Under the pieces are notes generated by a model, which was given only the letters and a program-made list of their open reading frames with translations, did not search any database and was not told the origin of the DNA. Shown one piece after another: positions 39,882-50,453 of a stretch of 64,000 bases of DNA. The number at the start of each line of letters is the position of its first letter. Within the stretch, counting starts at the first letter, position 1. Position numbers and translations under genes: made by a program. Source of the stretch: Planctomycetota bacterium (lineage in GTDB: Bacteria > Planctomycetota > Phycisphaerae > UBA1845); the NCBI GenBank assembly GCA_016208685.1, contig JACQXM010000044.1:5349-69348 (forward strand), given 5' to 3'.

Positions 39882-40613
39882 CTACACTGGCGCGACGTGG
39901 CCGAGAACATAAATCACCCACGGCGCGATGGTCGTTTCGCTGACCCATTCGTAAGGCTCATCCGTCCGTCCCAGGGGACGGTGCACCTCATGCACGGCAA
40001 GCCCGCAGCGCTCGTACACCTCACGGTAGGCCTCGTCCGGCCACAGAATGTCGACCGCCGGACGCCGATCTTCCAGCGCCGTCACCACGATCCGCACCTC
40101 GTCGCCGCACCGAGCTTGCCGGTTTGCGGGGAAGTCCCGCGTGGAAAAGGAGGCCCACTCGTTGCGGTAGATGTCGGGTGAGGAAACCAGGTTCACGATC
40201 CGGCCCTCAGGGCCAAGCACACGCCGCAGCCCACGGAACAGCATTACTTTCTTCTCCCGGCCGGGGACGTTGTCGAACGTGAACGCCGACAGAATCAGGT
40301 CGAAGCCGCCATCGGGAAGCGCCCCCAGATCGCCGTCGTCGACCAGGCGGTAGTCACCGGCCGGATCGATGGAACGGGCCCGGCGGACCATCTCGCCTGC
40401 GATATCCACGCCCACCGTGCGCAGGCCGAGTCGGGCAAGAAACCTTGTGGAGCGGCCGGTGCCGCAGCCGAAATCGAGCGCCCTCCCGCCGCGGACAGCT
40501 CGCCTGATGATGCCGGGCAAATCGCGAAACGCCAGGTAGTAGGTCCCGGGAAACTCGAGTTTGGCGTACGCGGCCGCGTAGTCCTCGTCGTCGTAGCAGT
40601 TGCGGAAGTCCAT
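39882..40613 (-). CDS. Class I SAM-dependent methyltransferase
   Basis: ALDFGCGTGRS, GVDIAGEM, FDLILSAF, LRRVLGPEG. Confidence 0.9.
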   Translation of the reverse strand: MDFRNCYDDEDYAAAYAKLEFPGTYYLAFRDLPGIIRRAVRGGRALDFGCGTGRSTRFLARLGLRTVGVDIAGEMVRRARSIDPAGDYRLVDDGDLGALPDGGFDLILSAFTFDNVPGREKKVMLFRGLRRVLGPEGRIVNLVSSPDIYRNEWASFSTRDFPANRQARCGDEVRIVVTALEDRRPAVDILWPDEAYREVYERCGLAVHEVHRPLGRTDEPYEWVSETTIAPWVIYVLGHVAPV

Positions 40614-40888
40614 GCATGCACCCTCGGTGTTTGTCGGCATTATCCACGATGCGCGGCCCGGCACCAACAACGGCCTGCCTCGCGCGCCCGGCGGGGGCAT
40701 CCCGCCAATGCCGGCGTGGCGCAGTCTCCAACGTGCCGGCAAGTACGCCGCCGGGGTCCCGCCGGTCCTCGGCTCACATCGGAACGGGCGCTCACGCGAT
40801 GCAACGACTGCGCCCGCGCCGATGCCCGCGGTCGAAGTTCGCAAGGAATATCAAGACGACGGACCGTCTGCGAGTCATAATGCAGTGT

Positions 40889-41800
40889 ATGAACACTGAA
40901 CCGCGGCCGGCCACGCTCAGCGACTACCAGGCGAGGATCCTACGCGTGCTGGTGCACATTCAGAACCACCTCGACGACGACCTGCCGCTGGACTTGCTGG
41001 CGGAGATCGCCTGCTTCTCTCCCTTTCACTTTCATCGCGTGTTCAAGGGCATGGTGGGTGAGGGAGTGGCGGAGCACGTCCGCCGTTTGCGTCTGGAGCG
41101 CGCCGCGCACCAGCTGCGTTTCGGTGACGAGCCGATCGTGCGCGTGGCGCTGGTCGCGGGGTTTCAAAGTCATGAAGCCTTCACCCGGGCGTTCGCGGCC
41201 ATGTTCGGCGAACCGCCGTCGGCATTCCGCGACCGACATCGCGCGATTGCCTACCCGACGGCAGTCAGTGGCGTTCACTATACCGCCGACGGTCGGTCGT
41301 TTGCGTTTAGCCCGGTGGGCAGAAAAGGAGTAAGTGCCATGGAAGTCGAGATCGAGCGTTTTCCCGCGTGTCGAGTCGCCTTCGTGCGCCACCTCGGACC
41401 GTACTCGGAGGTGGGCGCCGCCTGGGGGCGGCTGTTCGCCTGGGCGGGGCCCCGGCGGCTGGTCGGACCCTCCTTACGCTACTTCGGGTTGTGTTACGAT
41501 GACCCGGCGGTGACGGCGCCCGAGAGGATTCGGTACGACGCGTGCCTGGTCGTCCCGCCCGCAACGGAAGGCGACGGCGATATCGGAGTGCAGGACGTCG
41601 CGGGCGGCGAGTACGCCACCACCGTCCACGTCGGGCCGTATGAATCGCTGGGGCAGGCCTACGAAGGGCTTTGCGGGGGCTGGCTGCCGCAATCCGGCCG
41701 CGAGCTGGGCGAGCCACCGTGCATGGAGTTCTACCTGAACGATCCGCGCACGACTCCCCCCGACCAGCTTCGGACGAAGGTCTGCATGCGATTGGCGTAG
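40889..41800 (+). CDS. AraC-family regulator with a GyrI-like effector domain
   Basis: LAEIACFSPFHFHRVF, RLRLERAA, GFQSHEAFTRAF; GyrI RH.GPY, YDDP, RYDAC, EFYLNDP. Confidence 0.92.
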   Translation: MNTEPRPATLSDYQARILRVLVHIQNHLDDDLPLDLLAEIACFSPFHFHRVFKGMVGEGVAEHVRRLRLERAAHQLRFGDEPIVRVALVAGFQSHEAFTRAFAAMFGEPPSAFRDRHRAIAYPTAVSGVHYTADGRSFAFSPVGRKGVSAMEVEIERFPACRVAFVRHLGPYSEVGAAWGRLFAWAGPRRLVGPSLRYFGLCYDDPAVTAPERIRYDACLVVPPATEGDGDIGVQDVAGGEYATTVHVGPYESLGQAYEGLCGGWLPQSGRELGEPPCMEFYLNDPRTTPPDQLRTKVCMRLA

Positions 41801-41919
41801 AGGCCGCGCCGGTCGTGGCACGGTCTGCGCGCGCCCCGATGCGGCGTGGATGACGGTTGCGCCTTCAGGGTTCGACGACCCGAAGCACCGCGTCAGACCG
41901 CGATGGAGAGGAGATCACC

Positions 41920-42423
41920 ATGAGCACTGCACGTACGTGGCACCCGGGCAAGGGTGGAACATGGCGCGCGAAACTCGACCAGCACCATCCCAACCACGGC
42001 AGGGTCATGCCGGTTCCGCGCTCCATGCGGAAGGCCTGGGGAACGGGCACCATCCTGATTCCACGTCCCCGCGACGTCGACACCATCATGCGCAGCGTGC
42101 GCAAGGGGCGCTTGATCACCGTGGCGCAGATCCGGCAACGCCTTGCCAGGGCTGCGGGCGCTGATGGTGCTTGCCCGCTGACCACGGGCATTTTCGTACG
42201 GGTGGTCGCCGAGGCTGCGGAAGAGGACGCCCGCGACGGGCGCAGGCGAATCACTCCCTACTGGCGTACGGTGAAGGACGGCGGGAAGCTGAACGAGAAG
42301 TACCCCGGTGGTGCGGAGGCGCAGGCGAGGCGGCTCCGCGAGGAGGGGTTCGAGATCGAGCGCAACCGCCGCGGGCAGCCCGCGCGGGTTAAGGACTACG
42401 AGAGCTACCTGGTGGCGGGTTAG
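41920..42423 (+). CDS. MGMT-family DNA-binding protein (alkyltransferase-like)
   Basis: V.KG.LIT, CPLTTG, TPYWRTV (in place of PCHR), QARRLREEG; GAGGAG RBS. Confidence 0.8.
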   Translation: MSTARTWHPGKGGTWRAKLDQHHPNHGRVMPVPRSMRKAWGTGTILIPRPRDVDTIMRSVRKGRLITVAQIRQRLARAAGADGACPLTTGIFVRVVAEAAEEDARDGRRRITPYWRTVKDGGKLNEKYPGGAEAQARRLREEGFEIERNRRGQPARVKDYESYLVAG

Positions 42424-42482
42424 CTGACAGGCCGGCGGGTCCCAGACCGGTCCCGCCCTGATGATGCCCGACGGACAGCAAT

Positions 42483-44333
42483 ATGCGACTCTTCGCTCCA
42501 CCGACGGCCTTGGGAGCCGTGTTGCGTGCCGGTTTGGTCGGGCTGGCGACGTTCGCGCTGTTCTGGGCGTCGCGCGAGTTCAAACGGATTCCACGCGTCG
42601 ATGACGGGCGGGAGGCGGCGTTGGCCGTCCCCGCACTGCCCGACGTTGATGAGGCTGCCCTGGTGCGCTTCGTGGCTGACAAAGTCCGGTCGCCGGATGC
42701 CCGACCTACACCCCACCCCGGGAGCCTCGGGATCGGGAGCCCGTTTGCAGTGTACGTGTGTCTGCGTCGCGAGGGCCAGCGCCTCGCCGAGGCGTGGGGC
42801 GAGGAGAACGCGGCCGGGTCCGGATTGTCCGTGGCCCTGGATCGCGCCCTGGCCGAGCTTTCCGCGAGCGATCGAGGGGCAGTGGACTGCGTGGAGCTCG
42901 ATCTGTGTTACAACCGGCGACAGGTCCGGCGTGGAGCCGAGGCACCGGAGCTGGACGAAATCCACCGCGGCGTGCTGGGGATCGAGGTCAGCCGCCGGGG
43001 AGAAAGCGTGCGGTTCGCGCCCACGACCATGCTGGCGCGCAACATGAGTTTCGAGGGCGTGGCGGGATCAGAGGCCGGGAACAACGCCGATGTCGAGGCG
43101 GTCAGCGTCTTCGACGCCCAACAGTTCCTGGTCCGCCTGACCGAGCCACCGCACGCGATCGCCATGTTTCGCGGGAACCGGCTGGTGACTACCGACGAGC
43201 TTTCGGAGGGTTTCGCGCAGCGCCTGGTGAATCTCATGGAGGCCTGGATGGTGCGGCAACTGCGGCCGGATGGTCGGATGGTCTACAAATACTGGCCGAG
43301 TCGGGGAGAAGAGTCCACCGCCAACAACGCCATCCGGCAGTTCATGGCGACCCTGTGTCTTCAGCGTATCGCGGCGCGGCGCGGTGACGAGGAACTGTCG
43401 GCGCGCGTGGCCGCCAATCTCGTCTACAACCTCAACCAGTTCTACCGCGAGGACGGGGCGCTGGGTTTCATCGACGAGAACGGGGCGCGGAAGCTCGGCG
43501 CCGCGGCCCTGGCGGCGATGGCGATCATGCGAAGCCCGCAGCGCGGCGAGCACCGCGAGGCGGAGCTGCGGCTCTGCCGGCTGGTCGACGGATTGCACCG
43601 CGGCGACGGTTCGTTTCAAACCTACCACGGCGAACCCCAGCGCGACGAGAACCAGAACTTCTATCCCGGCGAGGCGCTGCTGCTTTGGGCGGAGATGCTC
43701 GCGGAGGCGCCGTCGGCGGAACGGCGCGAGCGGTTCCTGCGCTCCTTCCGCTACTACCGTGCGTGGCACCGGCGGAACCGCAACCCCGCCTTCGTACCCT
43801 GGCACACGCTGGCGTATGCCCGAGAATGGCGGCGGACCAACGATGACGACCTGCTCCAGGCGGTCTTCGAGATGAACGACTGGCTGCTGGGGATGCAGCA
43901 GTGGGAGTCCGCGGAGTACCCGGACGTGGCGGGGCGGTTCTATGACCCTCGGCATCCCGCGTACGGCCCGCCGCACGCTTCGTCGACCGGCGTGTACATG
44001 GAAGGGCTGGCGGCGGCCTATGCCCTGGCGCGGCAGGTGCGGGACGACGCGCGGGCGGAACGCTACCACATGGCCCTGCTCCGCGCTCTTCGCAACGTGG
44101 CACAGCTTCAATTCGCTGATGACGTCGACCTGTTTTATGTGTCGCGACCGGACCCGGTCCTCGGCGGCCTGCGCACCGAGGTATACAACAACGAGATTCG
44201 CGTGGATAACGTCCAGCACGTGCTCATGGCGTGCTTGGACCTTCTGCAAGTGTTCGGCCCGGAGGATTATCGTCTGTCCGCAGGGTCTGCGGGGCAGGCG
44301 GCGGGCGGCGAAGGTAGAGCTCGCGAAGATTGA
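42483..44333 (+). CDS. Membrane-anchored protein with an AMMECR1-like N-domain and an alpha/alpha-toroid-like C-domain
   Basis: VYVCLR, RGVLGI; DGRMVYKY, N.IRQ, KLG.AAL, FYPGEALL, GGLR...IRVDNVQH. Confidence 0.65.
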   Translation: MRLFAPPTALGAVLRAGLVGLATFALFWASREFKRIPRVDDGREAALAVPALPDVDEAALVRFVADKVRSPDARPTPHPGSLGIGSPFAVYVCLRREGQRLAEAWGEENAAGSGLSVALDRALAELSASDRGAVDCVELDLCYNRRQVRRGAEAPELDEIHRGVLGIEVSRRGESVRFAPTTMLARNMSFEGVAGSEAGNNADVEAVSVFDAQQFLVRLTEPPHAIAMFRGNRLVTTDELSEGFAQRLVNLMEAWMVRQLRPDGRMVYKYWPSRGEESTANNAIRQFMATLCLQRIAARRGDEELSARVAANLVYNLNQFYREDGALGFIDENGARKLGAAALAAMAIMRSPQRGEHREAELRLCRLVDGLHRGDGSFQTYHGEPQRDENQNFYPGEALLLWAEMLAEAPSAERRERFLRSFRYYRAWHRRNRNPAFVPWHTLAYAREWRRTNDDDLLQAVFEMNDWLLGMQQWESAEYPDVAGRFYDPRHPAYGPPHASSTGVYMEGLAAAYALARQVRDDARAERYHMALLRALRNVAQLQFADDVDLFYVSRPDPVLGGLRTEVYNNEIRVDNVQHVLMACLDLLQVFGPEDYRLSAGSAGQAAGGEGRARED

Positions 44334-45804
44334 GGGCGAGAAACAACAGGAAGTAGAGCGCCAGGGCCACGGAGAGCTGCGCCGTGGCCGCGTACCGTGA
44401 AGTGTCAAGTTGCTGGTGCCACTGCGATAGCACCTCGAGGAGGAACAGGAGCGCCAATCCCACGCGGTGACTGGCGCGTTCCAGATGGCTGCTGTGCAGC
44501 ACCACCAGCAGCAGGCGCATGATGTAGTAATAGTAGGAAACGATGGCGGCGAAGAAGAACAGCGGAATGCCCAGCAGCAGCGCCTCGCAGTCGTCCCGGC
44601 GCCGCGCCAGGACCCAGACCAGGTACGCCACCGCGGCGGCGAGGCCGTAGCGATAGGGCTTGAGTTCCTCGGCGAGCCGTTTCTTGGCGGTCCAGCGCCG
44701 GCCGGAATGGGAGTCGGCCTCACGCAGCTCTCCCCGATACGCCAGCGCGATTCCCAGTCCCACGCGCTGTGAACTTAGATTGACGCTTCGCTGGTGCGTC
44801 GCGAGCTTGCGCCAGGAGTCCTGGAAGGGCTGGACCCCGTCACGAAGCAGCACCACCTCGCACAGAGCCGCGGCGGCAAGCAAGCAGGCGGCGACGAATT
44901 TGGCCGGCGGCGCCGCCGAGGGCTCGCGCCGGATCCACCCCGCCGCCCGCACGACCATCCCAAAGAGACAGACCAGCGGAAAGACGCGGATGCACGCTGC
45001 GTATCCCCAGACCACGCCGCCCAGGACCGGGTAGCCGCGCTTCAGGAGGCAAAGGGCCATGGTTGCGGCGGCGATCCAGTCCATGCGCAGCAGCGATTGA
45101 CCGTACGGCGGCCAGCGACCGCTGAAGCTGGTGGTCAGGAAGAGGACGGCGAACAACGCCGGCACCGTTCCAACCGCCCAGCGAACCGCCAGCACAGCCG
45201 CCGCCAGCGCCAGCGTATCCAGGACGGTGACGTACCGGAGCCCTTCCACGGGGACACGGTTGGAGATACAGGCATGAAACAACCGTGCCACAGGTGTGGC
45301 ATTGTACCCCCGGTCGCCGAAGAGAATCCGCCATTCCGGAACCGGGATCAGCACGGCAAAGCAGCGTACATCGTGCTGGAACGCCTTCCAGCGCTCCGCC
45401 GTGAACCGGGCGCGAATCTCGGTGCCCGCTGCCTTTGCCTGGTCGACGGAAACAAGGATTTGCGTGGCATGGTCGCGGTACTCACGAATGCCGATGCGCG
45501 TGAAGTACCGCTGGTCCTCGTCGTCGGCGGCCAGCAGCGCCGGATAAAGTTCCCAGTAGCCCAGTTCGTCGTAGTACTTCGACCCCATGTAGTAATGTAG
45601 ACAGTCATAGCCGTTGATCCGACCGAACACTTCGTGGGGATCCAGGCGAAAGTAATTGGCGACTGCAGCCAGCGTGAGGAACCACAGAATGCGTCGGAGC
45701 GGCGCGCGAAGGGCAGTCGGTCGTACGGCGCCTACCGCCGCCACCAGCGCGGTTGCCGCCGCCAGGATCAGTTTGACGAGTTCTCCCGTCGATTGATCGT
45801 ACAT
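44224..45804 (-). CDS. Multi-pass membrane GT-C (GT87/DUF2029-like) glycosyltransferase
   Basis: D..HYYMGSKY..ELGY..LY, GYNATP, IRVFP, many TM helices. Confidence 0.65.
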   Translation of the reverse strand: MYDQSTGELVKLILAAATALVAAVGAVRPTALRAPLRRILWFLTLAAVANYFRLDPHEVFGRINGYDCLHYYMGSKYYDELGYWELYPALLAADDEDQRYFTRIGIREYRDHATQILVSVDQAKAAGTEIRARFTAERWKAFQHDVRCFAVLIPVPEWRILFGDRGYNATPVARLFHACISNRVPVEGLRYVTVLDTLALAAAVLAVRWAVGTVPALFAVLFLTTSFSGRWPPYGQSLLRMDWIAAATMALCLLKRGYPVLGGVVWGYAACIRVFPLVCLFGMVVRAAGWIRREPSAAPPAKFVAACLLAAAALCEVVLLRDGVQPFQDSWRKLATHQRSVNLSSQRVGLGIALAYRGELREADSHSGRRWTAKKRLAEELKPYRYGLAAAVAYLVWVLARRRDDCEALLLGIPLFFFAAIVSYYYYIMRLLLVVLHSSHLERASHRVGLALLFLLEVLSQWHQQLDTSRYAATAQLSVALALYFLLFLALNLRELYLRRPPPAPQTLRTDDNPPGRTLAEGPSTP

Positions 45805-45876
45805 AGTTGGTGTACCAACCGGGCGACCCGCAGCGCTTCCGCCATGGCGCCATCGTCAACCGTAGGGTCGCGGGAA

Positions 45877-47382
45877 TCAGAATCGGATTCCCGACGCCTG
45901 ACAACCCGCATACCAGACTGCCGCCGCGACGGCGCACCAGCGCAACCCGTTCCCGAGGCACCAGAGGCGGCCGCGCGGTTCGCTTGACGCCGCGTTCGGC
46001 CCCGGCGATCCCTCCGCCGGCTCGACAGTTGCGGGTGCCGTCCCCGCGGCGGTGTCGGGAGCATTCGGCCCCGACGCACTCCCCGGTCGGCGGCGGTCAA
46101 CGATCACCATCGCCAGAATGCCCGCGTAGAGCAGCATCAAGGCAAACCAGGACTGCCGCAGCAGACGGATCACGCTCCAGGGCAATACGTCGTAAAGCAG
46201 ATTGTACGAAGTCGATGAATGGTAGCCGCCGGCTGGAGCCATCATCACCCCGTTCGCCAAGAGTGCCATCGCCAGCGCCAGCGGCACGAGGGCGCGGCCC
46301 AGCCGCTGACCGATTGCCGGCTTCCGGAAGCTGTCAATCAGTGCGAATAGGGGAAAGGGCAGGAAGGTCAGCGTGTAACGGTACGACCGATTGGGGAAGA
46401 CGTTCGCGGCGATCAGCAAGGCGGAGTACACCAGCGCCTCGGTTGATTGACCGGCAAGGTTGCGGTGTCGGAGCGCGAGCAGGAATGGCACGAGCAGGAG
46501 CGCCACATTGACGATGACGGCGGCGATGCCCACGGCTGCCGGGTCGGCCTCGCTGCCCGCCAGCATGAGGAGCACCGACAAGGTGGAGTGATTGTCGGGG
46601 TCGCCTTCCCGCACCCGCGTGTGGTAGCTGAGGATGAGGCGGAGGTAATCAGCGTACAGGGTCGGACCGCCGGTGCAGAGGATGAGAACGGTCGCGAAGC
46701 CGAGGGTCCAGAGCACGATTGCCAGTCGTCGGCGCGCGGCCCAATACAGGAGCAGAAACGCCGGATAGAGCTTGAGGAGCGCCGCCACGGCGAGCAGGAA
46801 ACCCGCGGTGACCGGGTCGCGACGGCGAGTTCCGAGGTAATAACCGAGGACGAGAAGACCTATGACCGGCGAGTGTGCATTGCCCCGTTCGTACTCGAAG
46901 TGGAAGGGGCAGGTGAGGAGTCCCAGGGCCACGGCATACGCATAGTGCACTCCGGTGAACCGGAACAGTCTGCCCAGCGTCCACACGGTGACGCCGTAGG
47001 CGCCGGCGAGGATGAGGACGTGCAGGCGGTAGGCGTCACCGACGGACATGCCGGCCAGTGGGCGGTACAGGACGGCGGCAAGCGGAGGATAGACGTAGGT
47101 CTGCGCCCGCGGATTCGCGATCTCGTCGGACCGCCCGTGGTACAGACTTTCACCGCGGGCCAAGTTGCTGGCACCGAGCCAGGTGCCGGCAAAGTCCTGT
47201 CCGGCGAGCGGTGCCTGCCCCGACCCGGGGAACCGGGCCACGTCGAAGTTCATGTTGTAGTGGTCCACGGCAATCACGCCGTGGAAAAGCTGAAAGGCGC
47301 CCAGTAGGATGACGAACACCAGGAGGAACAGTGCGCCCACGTCGGCGGCGGCGGGCTGTGATGGCGCGCGACGGTCCAGCAT
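45877..47382 (-). CDS. GT87/DUF2029 membrane glycosyltransferase
   Basis: QDF...W...LY, YVYPPL, ERGN, LKLYP, NHS. Confidence 0.8.
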   Translation of the reverse strand: MLDRRAPSQPAAADVGALFLLVFVILLGAFQLFHGVIAVDHYNMNFDVARFPGSGQAPLAGQDFAGTWLGASNLARGESLYHGRSDEIANPRAQTYVYPPLAAVLYRPLAGMSVGDAYRLHVLILAGAYGVTVWTLGRLFRFTGVHYAYAVALGLLTCPFHFEYERGNAHSPVIGLLVLGYYLGTRRRDPVTAGFLLAVAALLKLYPAFLLLYWAARRRLAIVLWTLGFATVLILCTGGPTLYADYLRLILSYHTRVREGDPDNHSTLSVLLMLAGSEADPAAVGIAAVIVNVALLLVPFLLALRHRNLAGQSTEALVYSALLIAANVFPNRSYRYTLTFLPFPLFALIDSFRKPAIGQRLGRALVPLALAMALLANGVMMAPAGGYHSSTSYNLLYDVLPWSVIRLLRQSWFALMLLYAGILAMVIVDRRRPGSASGPNAPDTAAGTAPATVEPAEGSPGPNAASSEPRGRLWCLGNGLRWCAVAAAVWYAGCQASGIRF

Positions 47383-47560
47383 TGGGATCACGGATACGAC
47401 TGAGGCGAGTATAGTGCCGCGCCACACCGAATTCCAAGTCGAATTGCCGGAAGATTCGCCGCTGGGGAACGGCGCCCGCGGGGGCGCACGCGGCGGTCCG
47501 TGCGAAGGAGGTCTCGTTACGCCCCGGCGCCGCCGCGAAGCGGCACCGCGACGCCTAAGC

Positions 47561-50446
47561 GTGTTACGGTTCGTCGTGAGTGTGATTGCGATTGGCGCGG
47601 CGGGCAGCGTCGTGTCTGCCGAACCGCTGCGCGCCGCGGCCTGTCCCCTCCGGCTTGAACCACCCACCGTCGACGGCGTCCTCAGCGACGACGTCTGGCA
47701 TGATCTCGACGAGCACGGCGGGTTCGTCGTGACCGGCGAGCGATCGCCCCACTACGGCTTTCGCGCCACCGCTCCGCGGGGCGACACGACCTTCCGCATC
47801 TTTCGAGGCCCGGACACGGTCTATCTCGGCGTCATAGCCCGCAGCCCCGCGGATCAGGACGGCGCGCGGAGTGCCGATGCCGAGGTGCCGGCCGGGTTGT
47901 ATAGCGACTGCATTCGCGTGTTCTGGACGGCCAGTGGCGGGGGTGAGGAGATCCTGGTGCTGGAGGTCGATCGCACCGGCCGTGCCAGCATTGCGGAGCC
48001 GGGACGCGCGGCGATGCCCTACGCGGGGCCGGTGGGCGTCCAACGTGACGAGGGATTCTGGTCAGCGGAGATCGGCCTTCCGGTAGAGAGGTTCGGCCTG
48101 ACCGTCGAGGGCCAGGTGGTATCCTGGAACGTGGCGCGCTTTCGCATGGAGGGCGGCGGCCCGCCGGAGCTGAGCTACTGGATGGAATTCGAGGGCGTCT
48201 CGGATGCGCCGTGCCGGCGGAGTCTGTTGTTCATCGGGTCGCCGCCGGCACTGCCGACGGCATACGAGGTGAAGGCCCTCCCCCAAGCCGCGGCGATCGA
48301 TGCGACGCTGGACCTCGTCGCGCGGGGTGGTGCTTCGGAGCTCGATGTGACAATGTCGGTCGGCGAGCACCCCCACGCCGATTCCGCCGAAGCGCGGGTT
48401 CGCCTGGGCTCCGAGGGTCGAGGCTCGGTGCTGTCGCGGTTGGCCGTGGGCAAGTCCGGCCCGACGGAACTGCGGTTTATCATCTCCGCGCCGGGAGGCG
48501 CTGGGACCTACACCTTCTCGCGACCGTTTTTCGGTTGGGACTGGCGGCAGCTCGGCGGAAGGCTGGACGCACTGAAGGCGCAATGCACGCAGATCGCAAA
48601 CCACGCGGAAACGCTCCCGCCCATCACTACTGAGGAAGCGAGCGTCTGGTTCTACGCGGACTGGCTTGCGTACCAGTTCGAGCACGCCACGTTCTCGCCG
48701 GAACGGCTGAGTGCGTGGCTTGACGAGGCCGAGCAACTGGCCGCGGGTACGATGCACCTTCGCGATCGTCCCGGCTTGCAGAATCGCGCCGTCTGGTCGG
48801 AACTCGACCAGAGCCTGCAACCGTACACGCTCTGGGTGCCGCGTAGTTACACACCGGACCGAGCGTGGCCGGTGGTCGTCGTCTTGCATGGGGGGATGCC
48901 GGATGATGGTTCGTGGAGCGCCCCCTATTGGGAGAACGAGCGCTCGCCCTATCAGGCGATCCGTACACTTGACGGGCATCACGTGGGTCGCTGGCTGACC
49001 GTTGACCTGCGGGATGAGTTCATTCTGTTGGCGCCGCGGGCTCGGCGCGGGGGATGTCAGCCATGGTGGGACGCTTACGAGGGACCCGCCGAGGACGACG
49101 TCCTGGCAGCGATTGACGACGCCGCCCGCACGCACCACATCGACCGCGATCGCATTCACGTTATGGGGTTATCACTGGGCGGTTGGGGCGCCACGTCCCT
49201 GGCGACCAAGATGCCCGGACGCTGGGCGTCGGCGGTGGCCAACTGCGTGGGCTGGAAGGAGTTCCGACACCGCAACCCGAATTGGGCCGATTGGCCGGCG
49301 CATCGCCAGTTCGTCGCCATGCGCTACAACCCCGTGGACCTGGCCGAGTCGCTGACCCATGTGCCGTTTTTCTTTCAGCTCAGCGAGAAGGACCAGAGCG
49401 CGGCGCTCGGACGGCCCCTGGCGACGCGGTTGCAACAGATCGGTGCGCACCATTTATTCTGGGAACGGCTGGGCGGTCAGCACTGCGACACGTTCGAGTG
49501 GGGGCCGCAGACCATCCGGCACTGGCTTACGACGCATACCCGCGCGGCTCTCCCGCGTCGCGTCCGGCACAAGACCGCGACGCTCCGACACGGGAGTTGT
49601 CACTGGCTTACGGTGCAGCAGTTCGAGACGCCGGGAGCGTTCGCGTCGGTGGACGCCTGGGTCGCGGAGGATGGATCCATCGAGGTCCACAGCCAGAACG
49701 TGGCACGACTCTCCTTGTCGCTTGGCGATGCACTTGTTGCGCCCGGCGAGCGTGTGGCCGTACGATGGAATCACGCGACAGTGTTCGATGGGGCGCTACC
49801 GCCCGACGGGGTCATTACCACGGGCCCCCACGGCGCCGTCACTGCTTCCGAAGGTGAAAAATCGCCGCGCCGGGAGGGGCCGATCGCCGATGCGGTTATG
49901 CAACCGTTCATGCTCGTCGTCGGGACCGAAGGGACCCCGGTGGCTGGGGCCGCGAATCGCCAGGCGGCGGAGCGATTCGGCGCGCTGTGGTTCAAGGCGC
50001 AGGGCGTGCTACCTCGGCACAAAACGGACGCCGAGGTCACGCCGTCCGATGTCGCGCGTTTCAATCTCATCTGCTTCGGCGGACCGGATAGCAACCGCAT
50101 GGTACGCGAGGCGGCCGCGTCACTGCCCTTCCGGTTCCTCGACGACGGCTTCGCGTTCGGGGAGCAGGAGTTCCGCGGACCGTCGCTTGGCCTGCGCGCC
50201 GTGTACCCCAACCCGACGAACCCGCAGCGGCTTTTGCAGATCAACGCGGGGAGTCCGGAGGCCATGAAGCGCCTCGCCGACATCACGGTCGACTTCGATT
50301 TCGTGGTCTTCGACGCGGATGTCGCGGGCAAGGGAATTCAGCAGGTTCCTGAGTTGCGTGCCTGCGGCTGGTTCGATCAACACTGGCGATTCGACGCCCG
50401 ACATCTGCACGCGGGCGGGCGGCGGCGGTCGGGCGAGGAGCGGTGA
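47561..50446 (+). CDS. Secreted CBM9-like plus alpha/beta-hydrolase (esterase/S9-like) protein
   Basis: PTVDGVLSDDVW, WSAEIGLP (CBM9-like); QPYTLWVP.SY....WPVVVVLHG, IDRDRIHVMGLSLGG (GxSxG), GGQH. Start codon uncertain. Confidence 0.75.
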   Translation: MLRFVVSVIAIGAAGSVVSAEPLRAAACPLRLEPPTVDGVLSDDVWHDLDEHGGFVVTGERSPHYGFRATAPRGDTTFRIFRGPDTVYLGVIARSPADQDGARSADAEVPAGLYSDCIRVFWTASGGGEEILVLEVDRTGRASIAEPGRAAMPYAGPVGVQRDEGFWSAEIGLPVERFGLTVEGQVVSWNVARFRMEGGGPPELSYWMEFEGVSDAPCRRSLLFIGSPPALPTAYEVKALPQAAAIDATLDLVARGGASELDVTMSVGEHPHADSAEARVRLGSEGRGSVLSRLAVGKSGPTELRFIISAPGGAGTYTFSRPFFGWDWRQLGGRLDALKAQCTQIANHAETLPPITTEEASVWFYADWLAYQFEHATFSPERLSAWLDEAEQLAAGTMHLRDRPGLQNRAVWSELDQSLQPYTLWVPRSYTPDRAWPVVVVLHGGMPDDGSWSAPYWENERSPYQAIRTLDGHHVGRWLTVDLRDEFILLAPRARRGGCQPWWDAYEGPAEDDVLAAIDDAARTHHIDRDRIHVMGLSLGGWGATSLATKMPGRWASAVANCVGWKEFRHRNPNWADWPAHRQFVAMRYNPVDLAESLTHVPFFFQLSEKDQSAALGRPLATRLQQIGAHHLFWERLGGQHCDTFEWGPQTIRHWLTTHTRAALPRRVRHKTATLRHGSCHWLTVQQFETPGAFASVDAWVAEDGSIEVHSQNVARLSLSLGDALVAPGERVAVRWNHATVFDGALPPDGVITTGPHGAVTASEGEKSPRREGPIADAVMQPFMLVVGTEGTPVAGAANRQAAERFGALWFKAQGVLPRHKTDAEVTPSDVARFNLICFGGPDSNRMVREAAASLPFRFLDDGFAFGEQEFRGPSLGLRAVYPNPTNPQRLLQINAGSPEAMKRLADITVDFDFVVFDADVAGKGIQQVPELRACGWFDQHWRFDARHLHAGGRRRSGEER

Positions 50447-50453
50447 AGACGGG

